Assembly: GCA_030523765.1 (NCBI GenBank)
Contig: JAUNHX010000005.1
Coordinates: 5,566-69,565, forward strand
Length of the DNA: 64,000 nt
Reading direction: 5' to 3'
Source: Bacteroidales bacterium
GTDB taxonomy: Bacteria; Bacteroidota; Bacteroidia; Bacteroidales; P3
The position numbers and the translations under genes are program-made. Positions 39,146 to 48,505 of this stretch are shown piece by piece. Each line of letters begins with the position of its first letter. The stretch's first letter is position 1. The notes beneath the pieces were generated by a model. The model saw only the letters and a list, made by a program, of their open reading frames with translations. It searched no databases and was not told the origin of the DNA.

Positions 39146-39964
39146 ATGCAAAAAAGTGTATCTATTATAACTATGTTGCTGTCGCTCATGCTTTTGGGCG
39201 CTTGTTCGGGCTACGATAAGTTGCTAAAAAGTACCGATTATGATGCCCAATATAAGGCTGCGGTCGATTATTATGAGCGCGAAAACTACAGCCGAGCTAA
39301 ACAATTGTTTGAGAATCTGTCCATCCATTCCCGCGATAAAGAGCGTGCCGATAGTGTGGCTTGGTATTATGCCAACACCCTCTACCGTACTGAGAATTAT
39401 TATATGGCCTCTTACCATTTCAATAATTACTATCGTCGCTATCCTTACAGCTCGCGTGCTGAGGATGCACTTTTTATGTCTGCATATTGTAAATATAAGG
39501 AGGTCCCTTATTACTCTCTTGATCAGAAAATCACGAAGAACGCAATTGCTGATTTTGAACATTTTGTAGACAAATATCCTCAAAGTCCTCGCATTCCTGA
39601 AGTGAATGGCTACTTAGACGAAATGCAACAACTGCTCGAAAAGAAGGATTTTGAAATTGCAAAAGGATACTTCAAGATTGAGAGTTATCATGCAGCCTAT
39701 GTGGCTATGAAGAATTTCCTGAACCAATATCCTAATTCTCAGTATCGTGAAGAGGCAATGTATACCATCTTGCGTGCTGGCTATATCTATGCTTCCAATA
39801 GTCGTGAAGACAAGATGAAAGAGCGCTTAGAGGCTGTTATAAATGATTTCGATAGTTTTGTTGCCACTTTTGCTGACTCTAAATATATTAAGTCATCGCA
39901 AGATATTTATAACAAATCAAGAGCTTTGCTCACTCAGATAGAAGAAAAAGAAAAACAGAAATAA
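39146..39964 (+). CDS. bamD: Outer membrane protein assembly factor BamD (TPR lipoprotein)
   Basis: Lipobox LLGACSG and TPR-like repeats (YKAAVDYYERENYSRAKQLFENL...). The bamD-rpoZ-coaBC order is conserved in Bacteroidota. Confidence 0.8.
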   Translation: MQKSVSIITMLLSLMLLGACSGYDKLLKSTDYDAQYKAAVDYYERENYSRAKQLFENLSIHSRDKERADSVAWYYANTLYRTENYYMASYHFNNYYRRYPYSSRAEDALFMSAYCKYKEVPYYSLDQKITKNAIADFEHFVDKYPQSPRIPEVNGYLDEMQQLLEKKDFEIAKGYFKIESYHAAYVAMKNFLNQYPNSQYREEAMYTILRAGYIYASNSREDKMKERLEAVINDFDSFVATFADSKYIKSSQDIYNKSRALLTQIEEKEKQK

Positions 39965-39977
39965 TTCGCATAAAATC

Positions 39978-40367
39978 ATGGAAGAAAAGAAAAATCAAGC
40001 CCGTGTTACCAACACTACCATTACGCGCAACATCTACGACCTCAGCAACATGACCGACAATGTATATGAGACTGTCGCCATGCTTTCCAAACGAGCCAAC
40101 CAGATTGCCGTAGAGGAGAAGAAAGAGTTGCACAAAAAAATCGAAGAGTTTGCTTCCACCATTGATACGATGGAGGAAATCTTCGAGAACCGCGAGCAGA
40201 TTGAGGTGGTGCGCCACTTCGAACAGATGCCCAAACCCACTTTGGAGGCAACTCAAGAGTATCTCTCTGGCCAGTTATGGTATCACAACCCCGCTAAAGA
40301 TAGCTTAGAGACGCAGAAACTCGAGGCTATGGAGAATGAGGTGCTTGAGGAGCAGTCCGAAAAGTAA
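39978..40367 (+). CDS. rpoZ: DNA-directed RNA polymerase subunit omega
   Basis: 129 aa. NVYETVAMLSKRANQIAVE matches the omega core helix. It sits between bamD and coaBC. Confidence 0.65.
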   Translation: MEEKKNQARVTNTTITRNIYDLSNMTDNVYETVAMLSKRANQIAVEEKKELHKKIEEFASTIDTMEEIFENREQIEVVRHFEQMPKPTLEATQEYLSGQLWYHNPAKDSLETQKLEAMENEVLEEQSEK

Positions 40368-40392
40368 TAGTTTTTTTTAATTGTTATGTTGG

Positions 40393-40429
40393 TAGCCGTC
40401 CTTTCACTTTAGTAGGAAAGCGACGGCTA
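40393..40429 (+). terminator. Hairpin after rpoZ (possible weak terminator or attenuator)
   Basis: tagccgtcctttc / gaaagCgacggcta form a 13-bp stem with one bulge. The trailing U-tract (ttgtt) is weak. Confidence 0.35.
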
Positions 40430-40520
40430 TTGTTCGATAACAATGATTCCGTAGGGATTGGACCCTTTCCTCTTCCCCCTAAAAAGACTACCTATATTAA
40501 TAACCCATAATTTTTACTTT

Positions 40521-41723
40521 ATGCTTACTGGCAAAAAAATCATTGTTGGAATTACAGGAGGCATTGCTGCCTATAAGAGTCCCTTGCTTGTACGTCTCCT
40601 AATCAAGGCAGGGGCTGAAGTACAATGTGTGGCAACCGATCATGCGTTACAGTTTGTAACACCCCTTTCGTTAGAGACGCTCTCACAGCACAAGGTGTAT
40701 AGCGACCTCTTTGCCCCTACCAACGATCACACCACCGAGCATATTTCGCTCAAAGACTGGGGCGATGTTATGATTGTGGCTCCTGCTACTGCCAACTGTA
40801 TTGGTAAACTTGCTCACGGTATTGCCGATGATGCACTTTCTACCCTCCTAATGGCTTTTCTTCGTCCTATCTTCATGGCTCCAGCTATGAATACACAAAT
40901 GTGGGAGAGCCCTGCCGTGCAGCGCAATATTGCTATCCTTAAACAAGATGGTTGTTGTTTTATAGAGCCATCGGAGGGATATCTAGCCTGTGGTAGTGAG
41001 GGTAAAGGGCGGATGGAGGAGCCTGAGATTATTCTTGATGCGGTTGAACGCTATTTCACCCAAAAGCAGAAGCTACAAGGACGAAGGGTGTTAGTGACGG
41101 CTGGACCTACGTATGAGAAGATCGATGCTGTGCGTTTTGTGGGAAACTTCTCAACGGGAAAGATGGGATTCGCTGTGGCACAGGCTTTGGCTGATCAAGG
41201 GGCTGATGTGACCCTTGTGACGGGTCCAACTTATCTTACTATCTCTCATCCATTCATCCATCGTATCGATGTTGTTTCGGCACAACAGATGTTCGATGCC
41301 GCTACAGCAGTCTTCCCTGATTGCCAGGCGGCTATACTGACAGCAGCAGTGGCCGACTTCCGTCCTATCGATGCTCCTGATATCAAAATTAAGAAAAAGA
41401 ATGAAACGGATGGAATGACTATCACGATGGAACAGACCCCCGACATCTTGGCTACCCTAGGCAAGAACAAGCGCCATGATCAGTGTTTGGTAGGCTTTGC
41501 ATTAGAGACTAACAATGAGGTGGCTCATGCCCAATCAAAGTTGCAACGAAAAAATCTCGACTTCATTGTTCTTAACTCTTTGCAAGATAAGGGAGCTGGT
41601 TTTGGACATGATACCAACAAAGTGACGTTTCTCTATCGCGATGGACGTATAGAAGAAGGTACCCTAAAAAGTAAACACGAGGTGGCATACGATATAGTAG
41701 ACCGTCTAATCAATATTATATGA
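40521..41723 (+). CDS. coaBC: Bifunctional phosphopantothenoylcysteine decarboxylase / phosphopantothenate-cysteine ligase
   Basis: I chose the start at ATG 40521 (MLTGKKIIVGITGGIAAYKS). The ORF-track start 40458 is a TTG. Flavoprotein and DFP domains are present. Confidence 0.9.
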   Translation: MLTGKKIIVGITGGIAAYKSPLLVRLLIKAGAEVQCVATDHALQFVTPLSLETLSQHKVYSDLFAPTNDHTTEHISLKDWGDVMIVAPATANCIGKLAHGIADDALSTLLMAFLRPIFMAPAMNTQMWESPAVQRNIAILKQDGCCFIEPSEGYLACGSEGKGRMEEPEIILDAVERYFTQKQKLQGRRVLVTAGPTYEKIDAVRFVGNFSTGKMGFAVAQALADQGADVTLVTGPTYLTISHPFIHRIDVVSAQQMFDAATAVFPDCQAAILTAAVADFRPIDAPDIKIKKKNETDGMTITMEQTPDILATLGKNKRHDQCLVGFALETNNEVAHAQSKLQRKNLDFIVLNSLQDKGAGFGHDTNKVTFLYRDGRIEEGTLKSKHEVAYDIVDRLINII

Positions 41724-42709
41724 ATACAACTACTGCTATGAAAAAACTTGCTATTGTAGCTATCGTGCTTTCATGTATTGCCATTGTAGGTCAGATTTTT
41801 ATCTTTGCTACCCAAAAGGAGAATGCCGATGATCTGTACCAAAAGGCAATGAAGGCCGATTATAAGATCTATGCCCCTGTGGTGCCTGATACACTTCGCT
41901 TTGCAGGGGAGAAGGTGCCGTTGGAGTATTTCTATGTGCGCGAGGGACTTGATCGTGAGTTGCTCTCGAATATGTACTTTCATTCCAGCACATTGCTCAA
42001 CATGAAGCGAGCCGGTCGCTATTTTCCTATCATTGAGCCTATATTGCGCGAACAAGGTGTACCGCAAGATTTTAAATATCTTTGTGTTATTGAGAGTGGA
42101 CTGCAAAATGTTACATCGCCTGCCAAGGCGCAAGGCTATTGGCAGTTTATGAAGAGTACGGGTCAGCACTACGGTCTTACTATTACTGACGAGATTGATA
42201 TGCGCAACGATATCGAAGCTGCTACCCTTGCTGCTTGTAAGTTCTTGAAGACGCTCCGAAACAGTCTAGGAAGTTGGACTGCGGCAGCAGCTGCATACAA
42301 TTGTGGAGAGGAGGGTCTCCGTAGCCGCATGAATAAGCAGTCAGTAAATAGCTATTATGATACCCGACTCAATAGTGAGACAACCCGTTATGTGTATCGC
42401 ATCCTTGCTATCAAACTTATCTTTCAGCATCCACAAGACTATGGGTTCTATCTTCGTCGCTGCGATCTATATTCTCCTATTCCTTACGATACGGTTAGTC
42501 TTTCTGGCCAAAATGTTGATCTTTATACCTTCGCACAAGAGAAAGGAACCACCTACAAAATGCTCCGTGAACTGAATCCATGGCTCCAAACAGATAAATT
42601 GGTCAACAAGACCAACAAAACATATACGGTAAAAATTCCCAAGAAAGGGGGTACGCTGCAACGCAATATCCAAAAAGATCGCAATACAGCGCTGATCAAT
42701 AGGTTGTAA
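41720..42709 (+). CDS. Lytic transglycosylase (SLT-domain, MltD-like)
   Basis: N-terminal TM/signal anchor. Catalytic region CVIESGLQNVTSPAKAQGYWQFM, AAYNCGE. ATGA overlap with coaBC. Confidence 0.75.
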   Translation: MNTTTAMKKLAIVAIVLSCIAIVGQIFIFATQKENADDLYQKAMKADYKIYAPVVPDTLRFAGEKVPLEYFYVREGLDRELLSNMYFHSSTLLNMKRAGRYFPIIEPILREQGVPQDFKYLCVIESGLQNVTSPAKAQGYWQFMKSTGQHYGLTITDEIDMRNDIEAATLAACKFLKTLRNSLGSWTAAAAAYNCGEEGLRSRMNKQSVNSYYDTRLNSETTRYVYRILAIKLIFQHPQDYGFYLRRCDLYSPIPYDTVSLSGQNVDLYTFAQEKGTTYKMLRELNPWLQTDKLVNKTNKTYTVKIPKKGGTLQRNIQKDRNTALINRL

Positions 42710-42733
42710 ACCATTATTTATTGTAAAAGATTA

Positions 42734-42772
42734 AAAGAGGCTATCGCTTATGCGTAGTCTCTTTTTATTTTT
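42734..42772. terminator. Bidirectional terminator between convergent genes
   Basis: aaagaggcta / tagtctcttt form a 10-bp stem with one G.U pair. An A-run lies on the left and tttatttttt on the right. Confidence 0.65.
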
Positions 42773-42810
42773 GATGGAATGCAGAGGGTGTGTTCAATAA
42801 AGATAAGACT

Positions 42811-44817
42811 CTATTCTTCGGGCTCAAGCAACTCGGAGTCAATAGCATAGCCACATCGCCGTTGTCGCTTTTCAGCATTGACTATCATCAACTGTCTGGC
42901 AGGAACTCCTTGACTGAGGAGGTAGTCACGTACGGCACTGTTGCGTTGATTGGCAAGGTGGATGCCACTGCTATCGGTTGCGGTGAGTTGCTGCTGTAGG
43001 ATTAGGAGCATGCTACTGTCGCTCCTGGCGATAGTAGCTAGTTGTTGGAGTTGGTAGTACTGCCGGTTGCTTAGCTCGATGCGCTCATTGTCGTAGCTAT
43101 AGCCACTTTGGGTAGGAGTGAACTCGATAAATTCAATATCGTCACCTTTGATACCAAGGGCATTGGCAGCCCCGCGAAGAGGTGAGCCAGCCACCTTAAC
43201 GAAGAGTTTTCGAAGTGTACTCCATACAATCTTCATATAGTTAAATTCGGGATCGTCAATCTTACCTGCAACGGGAATATCGATGAGGACCTCGTCGTTC
43301 TTGTCCTTCAGTACATAGAGAGCAGCTTTCAAAGGCACATGCATAGCTGAATCGATATCGCTACGACGTTCACCCACTTCGGGTCTGAAAATATCGAGAT
43401 GGTTGTCGCCTTGGAGCTGCGAGTATCGAATGGTGTTGCGACTAGTAAAAGACATAACACCATCGGTAAAGGGATGGGCTAGGTAGGCTACGGTGTAGGG
43501 TGAGAAATCAGAGAGGTGAATTCCTTGTAGTGAGAGGTTAAGGTCTTGTGTACGACGTAAATCATCAAGCGATCCTCGCCATTGGACATTGAGTTTTCCG
43601 TTATGTGGCAACGATGCAGTAAGGGTTGCGGTGTTGTCGTCTTTGAGGGTGAGATTGTCCGATTTGATAGTGAGGTTGTTAATACTATACTCAAAGGGGT
43701 CGGGTAGCGTATAATCAGCATAGGTGAGGGCGGCATTGTTGACACGCACTGATCCTATGTATAGATGCATTGGCTGGGATTTGGTGTTGGAGCTATCAGG
43801 TCTGCTACTGGTACTATCGCTCTCAGACGGCTTGATGAGGCGTGATAGGGTGTTGCCATTAGTGAATGTTTCGTAACTAGTTCGCAGTTGATTAACGCAG
43901 ACAGTATTGATGGAGTAATGGTTTTGTGCGAGGATAATTTTGTCGATATCGATGTCAATCTCGTCTACGTTTAGCAATGGTTGTTTTTGGATATTGGCTA
44001 CAGCGACCTCTTGAATGTTGAGTTTACCCCCTATGGTTGTTTGGAGCAAGGAGTTGAGGTTGCCTGAGGCTTTGAGTTGTGCGGAGGCGATGCCGTCAAT
44101 GTCTGAGATGTTGAGCGATTGGGCTAAGTATGCCTTGATGTTTTGGAGGTTGAATTGCTGTAAGATTATATCTATATCAAAATCAGAGGATTCCATCTGA
44201 TAGTCGAGGTTGGTGTGGAGGGTGCCTCCATCAGCTAGGGCTAGATCAAGTCCTGCTTTGGTGGCTTCGCGTCCATCGAAATATACACCAGGAATGAGCA
44301 AGTTGAGGTCGTTAAGATTCCACTTACTCCCCACTTTCTTATCGGCATAGCGTACCTGCCAATGCGATAAACGTATGTTGTAGAACCCCATAGTCCACGG
44401 CCTCGATTCTTCATGTATAGTATCGGGATCATCAGAACGGAAGTGATCGATGATGTCTGAGAAATTGAAGGTGGATCCCTCTTGAATAATGTTAGCATTG
44501 AGTCCTGCCAGAGTGAGGTGGCGCAGATGGAGTTTTCGCACAAGCAATCCCCGTAAGCGGAGCGATACATCGAGGGTGTCAATCCCTAAGAAGAGGGTGT
44601 TGGGATCACTCTCCATCACTTGCAGTCCTGCAATGGCAACATGTCCAGTGAAAAGGTTGGCACGAACTCTATCTACATGGGCAGTACGTCCTATCAGCTG
44701 AGGCCCTTTATGATTGACATAACTCTTGGCAATGGGACCTGCTAGAAGCGAGATAAGGATAAGAAGCATCAGAATCGATGCGGCGATTATAATGGTTATC
44801 TTCAGCGGTTTGCGCAT
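42811..44817 (-). CDS. Large membrane-anchored DUF748/AsmA-like protein
   Basis: I chose the start at 44817 (MRKPLKITIIIAASILMLLILISLL TM anchor). The ORF-track start 44874 is a GTG. The long beta-rich body resembles DUF748 proteins. The family call is by resemblance. Confidence 0.45.
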   Translation of the reverse strand: MRKPLKITIIIAASILMLLILISLLAGPIAKSYVNHKGPQLIGRTAHVDRVRANLFTGHVAIAGLQVMESDPNTLFLGIDTLDVSLRLRGLLVRKLHLRHLTLAGLNANIIQEGSTFNFSDIIDHFRSDDPDTIHEESRPWTMGFYNIRLSHWQVRYADKKVGSKWNLNDLNLLIPGVYFDGREATKAGLDLALADGGTLHTNLDYQMESSDFDIDIILQQFNLQNIKAYLAQSLNISDIDGIASAQLKASGNLNSLLQTTIGGKLNIQEVAVANIQKQPLLNVDEIDIDIDKIILAQNHYSINTVCVNQLRTSYETFTNGNTLSRLIKPSESDSTSSRPDSSNTKSQPMHLYIGSVRVNNAALTYADYTLPDPFEYSINNLTIKSDNLTLKDDNTATLTASLPHNGKLNVQWRGSLDDLRRTQDLNLSLQGIHLSDFSPYTVAYLAHPFTDGVMSFTSRNTIRYSQLQGDNHLDIFRPEVGERRSDIDSAMHVPLKAALYVLKDKNDEVLIDIPVAGKIDDPEFNYMKIVWSTLRKLFVKVAGSPLRGAANALGIKGDDIEFIEFTPTQSGYSYDNERIELSNRQYYQLQQLATIARSDSSMLLILQQQLTATDSSGIHLANQRNSAVRDYLLSQGVPARQLMIVNAEKRQRRCGYAIDSELLEPEE

Positions 44818-44842
44818 ATAAATGATGTTTGGTTTAATGATG

Positions 44843-44850
44843 CAAAGATA
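44843..44850 (-). promoter_or_regulatory. -7 box TATCTTTG upstream of the DUF748-like gene
   Basis: The minus strand reads cTATCTTTGcatcattaaaccaaacatcatttatATG. Confidence 0.55.
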
Positions 44851-44901
44851 GTAAATATTATTTATTTGGGTCACAAAAATAGCATTATGGAAAAAAATAT
44901 G

Positions 44902-44909
44902 TATCTTTG
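44902..44909 (+). promoter_or_regulatory. -7 box TATCTTTG upstream of ispD
   Basis: tgTATCTTTGCAACCC, 68 nt before ATG 44978. Confidence 0.6.
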
Positions 44910-44977
44910 CAACCCGAATAGCGGTCTTGGGGTTCCGTTTATAGCCCTTTCCTTTTTTATGATAATGATGTAGTTAT

Positions 44978-45694
44978 ATGACGAATCAGCCGTTGAATAT
45001 TGTTGCCATTTTGGCAGGTGGTACGGGAAGCCGTATGGGTGCCGATAAGCCTAAGCAATTTTTACCGCTAGGCGAAATGATGGTGATAGAGCATACCATT
45101 GTTGCTTTTGAAAGGCATGAGGCTATCGATGCCATCATTATTGTGGTGCATAGCGATTGGCTTGATTTCTTAAATGAATTGGTGGCTAAGCATCACTGGC
45201 ACAAGGTTAGGGCAGTTGTAGTGGGAGGCAAGGAACGTTACCATTCAACGTTAGCTGCTATTGAGGCTGCGAGTTTGATTGATGCTGACTGCCGTTTATT
45301 AATACATGATGCAGCACGTCCCTTGGTGTCGCATCGTATTATTGGCGATGTGGTGATGGCATTGAATGACTATAGAGCTGTGGCGGTAGGTTTACCTTCA
45401 ACCGATACGATATGGAAGGTGTCACTTCACGAGGGATTGCTGCCTACGGTAGACCAGGTGCCAATGCGCAACTTGATGTATAGGGCTCAGACGCCACAGG
45501 CGTTCCACCTCTCGCTGTTAAGGGAAGCTTACCAGAGGGTCCTCAGTAGTGAGAACTATCAGCCTACCGATGATTGCGGGGTGCTCCGTAGGGCATTTCC
45601 CAACGAGCCAGTGGCAGTTGTGGTAGGGGAGGAGCGCAACTTGAAGATAACTACACCAGAAGATTTGAAATGGGCGAAGATGCTTCTTTTGTAA
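44978..45694 (+). CDS. ispD: 2-C-methyl-D-erythritol 4-phosphate cytidylyltransferase (IspD family)
   Basis: 238 aa with ILAGGTGSRMGADKPKQFL and LIHDAARP motifs. A TarI-like function cannot be excluded from sequence alone. Confidence 0.75.
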   Translation: MTNQPLNIVAILAGGTGSRMGADKPKQFLPLGEMMVIEHTIVAFERHEAIDAIIIVVHSDWLDFLNELVAKHHWHKVRAVVVGGKERYHSTLAAIEAASLIDADCRLLIHDAARPLVSHRIIGDVVMALNDYRAVAVGLPSTDTIWKVSLHEGLLPTVDQVPMRNLMYRAQTPQAFHLSLLREAYQRVLSSENYQPTDDCGVLRRAFPNEPVAVVVGEERNLKITTPEDLKWAKMLLL

Positions 45695-45779
45695 TGGTAG
45701 AATCTTGGTTGGCTATCTAATTATTTGTTTGAATATCGCGCGTTTAAAGAAAATATTTTGATGATTGAAAAAATAAATG

Positions 45780-45787
45780 TATTTTTG
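45780..45787 (+). promoter_or_regulatory. -7 box TATTTTTG upstream of the phosphonate operon
   Basis: atgTATTTTTGcacaaaa. It leaves a leader of about 235 nt before ATG 46026. Confidence 0.5.
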
Positions 45788-46025
45788 CACAAAAATAATA
45801 GAGTGTTCTTTGTGTAGGCTAAGACTAGAACGATGATCCTCTTTCCCCATTTGGAGATATGTTATTTTGGATATGTGATTTTTTTTAGAGTAATAGTTGC
45901 AAGCGGGGAAACATCTGATTCATATAATGTGAGAAATTTTAAATATAAATAATACATATAATACTTAATAAACCATTCCTCCACCCACTTGATGGAGACT
46001 AAGATAAATCCTTAAACGAACAACC

Positions 46026-47333
46026 ATGGAAAAGAAAAAAGTATACGTAGGCATGAGTGCCGACATGATCCATCCAGGTCATCTCAATATCATCAATGAA
46101 GCTGCCAAACTTGGCGAGGTAACTGTTGGTGTACTCACCGATGAGGCTATTGCTAGCTACAAGCGTCTCCCTTACCTTACATACGACCAGCGAGCTCAGA
46201 TTGTCTCTTCTATCAAAGGGGTAGAGCATGTTATTCCCCAAACAACGCTCGACTATGTGCCTAACCTGGAGAAACTGCATCCCGATTTTGTGGTACATGG
46301 TGACGACTGGAAGGAGGGAGTGCAGAAGGAGACTCGTCAACGTATCATTGAATGTATGGCTAAATGGGGTGGCCGGGTGATTGATATTCCTTATACTAAG
46401 GGCATCTCGAGTACCGCTATGAATGAGCGTCTTAAAGAGATAGGCACTACGCCCGAGATCCGTCTCAAGAGACTTCGCCGTCTGATTGGTGCCAAGAAGA
46501 TTGTTCGCATCTTGGAGTCGCACAATGGCCTTACGGGTCTTATCATAGAGAATACTTCGGTTACCATTAATGGTATGAAACATGAGTTTGATGGTATGTG
46601 GTCCTCTTCTCTAACCGATTCAACGGTGAAAGGTAAGCCTGATATTGAGGCGGTTGACCTCACTACCCGTCTTCACGATTTGAACGATACACTTGAGGTG
46701 ACAACCAAGCCTATCATCTTTGATGGCGATACGGGCGGAAAGATCGAACATTTTGGTTTTACGGTACGTACATTGGAACGTCTCGGTGTGAGCGCTATCA
46801 TTATTGAGGACAAGACGGGTCTTAAGAAAAATTCGCTCTTTGGCACCGATGCTGTTCAGACCCAAGATAGCATTGAAAACTTCAGCAATAAGATTCGTGC
46901 AGGAAAATACGCACAGGTAACAGACGATTTTATGATCATTGCTCGTTGCGAGAGTCTTATTGCCGGACGCTCTGTTGACGATGCTCTTGAACGTTGTCAC
47001 GCTTATGTGGAGGCAGGGGCCGATGGTATTATGATACATAGTAAAAATAAGGATGGCAACGATATTAAGGAGTTCTGTCTCCGTTTCCGTGAAACCAATC
47101 CTACCACTCCTATCATTGCAGTACCTACTACTTATAACCAAATTAGCGAAGATGAGCTTTCGTCATGGGGTGTTAATGTAGTCATCTATGCTAATCATAT
47201 GCTCCGTGCAGCTTATCCCGCTATGGTCAACTGTGCTAAATCGATCCTCTCGCATGGCCGTTCTTATGAGGCTTCCAATGAATACTGCATGTCGATTAAA
47301 GAAATCCTTGAACTAATACCTGGTACCAAATAA
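46026..47333 (+). CDS. pepM: Cytidylyltransferase-domain / phosphoenolpyruvate mutase fusion protein
   Basis: The N-terminal ~130 aa carry HxGH (MIHPGHLNI) and YTKGISST motifs, as in the TagD/CCT cytidylyltransferase family. The C-terminal ICL/PEP-mutase fold carries the PepM-diagnostic EDKxxxxxNS motif ([15 protein letters not shown]). Confidence 0.85.
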   Translation: MEKKKVYVGMSADMIHPGHLNIINEAAKLGEVTVGVLTDEAIASYKRLPYLTYDQRAQIVSSIKGVEHVIPQTTLDYVPNLEKLHPDFVVHGDDWKEGVQKETRQRIIECMAKWGGRVIDIPYTKGISSTAMNERLKEIGTTPEIRLKRLRRLIGAKKIVRILESHNGLTGLIIENTSVTINGMKHEFDGMWSSSLTDSTVKGKPDIEAVDLTTRLHDLNDTLEVTTKPIIFDGDTGGKIEHFGFTVRTLERLGVSAIIIEDKTGLKKNSLFGTDAVQTQDSIENFSNKIRAGKYAQVTDDFMIIARCESLIAGRSVDDALERCHAYVEAGADGIMIHSKNKDGNDIKEFCLRFRETNPTTPIIAVPTTYNQISEDELSSWGVNVVIYANHMLRAAYPAMVNCAKSILSHGRSYEASNEYCMSIKEILELIPGTK

Positions 47334-47365
47334 GAAACCGCTAACCTTTTTTCCTTCCGCTTATT

Positions 47366-48496
47366 ATGCTCAGTCCTAAAACGTTCATTGATTATCTTCA
47401 GGCGCACAACCTTGATTTCTATACGGGTGTGCCCGATTCACTCCTCAAGAATCTCTGCGCCTATATCACCGATACGCTACCTCATCATCGTCATATCATC
47501 GCTGCCAATGAGGGTGCTGCTGTTGGTCTTGCTGCTGGTCATTATATCGCTACGCGCCATATCCCTACCGTTTATATGCAAAACTCAGGTATAGGTAATG
47601 CAGTGAATCCGTTGATGTCGCTTACCGACGAAGATGTTTACAATATTCCAGTGCTTCTACTCATAGGATGGCGTGGTGAACCTGGGGTTCACGATGAGCC
47701 CCAGCATAAAAAACAGGGTAAGGTGACTATCCCGTTGCTGGATGCTATGCAGATACGCAATGCTATACTCAGCACCGATGAGGCAGAAGCATTGAAGCAG
47801 GTAGAGGAGGCTATAGCTTATATGAAAGAAACACAACGAGCCTTCGCTTTCGTTGTTCACAAGGGCACTTTTGATGATTATAAACTGCAAAATGTGATTA
47901 TTCGTTCAGAATTGCATTTACAGCGCGAAGAGGCTATACGTCATATAGTAGAACATATTGAGCCGCAAGCTGCTATCGTCTCCACAACAGGTATGATTAG
48001 TCGCGAATTGTTCGAAATTCGTGAGGCTCGCCACGAACAACACCAACGTGATTTCCTTACCGTAGGTTCTATGGGTCATGCTTCACAGATTGCTTTAGGC
48101 ATTGCCCTCGAGCAACCTCAACGTCCTATCTACTGTCTAGATGGCGATGGTGCTACTATCATGCATATGGGTAGTCTCTCGATTGTAGGACAGATGCAGC
48201 CTGCCAACTATACCCATATTGTATTGAACAATGGTGCTCATGATTCTGTGGGTGGTCAGCCTACGATGGGTTTGGATATTGATCTTCCTGCCATTGCTAC
48301 TGCAGCCAACTACAAGAGCACATTCACAGCATCATCAGTCGAGGAACTGGATGCTATCCTTCAGTCGGTGGTCAATGCACCTAAGCCAGCCCTTATCGAA
48401 GTGAAGGTTAAGAAGGGTGCCCGAAAAGATTTGGGCCGTCCCACCACTACTCCTATTCAGAACAAAGAGGCATTGATGACCTTCCTTAACCAATAA
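47366..48496 (+). CDS. ppd: Phosphonopyruvate decarboxylase (ThDP-dependent)
   Basis: 376 aa with the ThDP motif GDGATIMHMGSL...NNGAHDSVGGQ. It lies directly after pepM, as in known phosphonate loci. Confidence 0.8.
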   Translation: MLSPKTFIDYLQAHNLDFYTGVPDSLLKNLCAYITDTLPHHRHIIAANEGAAVGLAAGHYIATRHIPTVYMQNSGIGNAVNPLMSLTDEDVYNIPVLLLIGWRGEPGVHDEPQHKKQGKVTIPLLDAMQIRNAILSTDEAEALKQVEEAIAYMKETQRAFAFVVHKGTFDDYKLQNVIIRSELHLQREEAIRHIVEHIEPQAAIVSTTGMISRELFEIREARHEQHQRDFLTVGSMGHASQIALGIALEQPQRPIYCLDGDGATIMHMGSLSIVGQMQPANYTHIVLNNGAHDSVGGQPTMGLDIDLPAIATAANYKSTFTASSVEELDAILQSVVNAPKPALIEVKVKKGARKDLGRPTTTPIQNKEALMTFLNQ

Positions 48497-48505
48497 AACC
48501 TCCTT

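Noticed and set aside
44978-45694. The IspD-family gene as the nucleotide-activating enzyme of the adjacent phosphonate locus (TarI-like).
   Set aside because: It has its own promoter box and is separated from pepM by 331 bp containing another promoter. The MEP pathway needs an IspD, and pepM already carries its own cytidylyltransferase domain. I therefore kept it as housekeeping ispD, although I could not formally exclude the alternative.
45999-47141. Minus-strand ORFs 45999-46583, 46391-46663 and 46620-47141, opposite pepM.
   Set aside because: The plus-strand frame carries the HxGH, GISST and EDKxxxxxNS motifs. The minus ORFs have no recognisable features.
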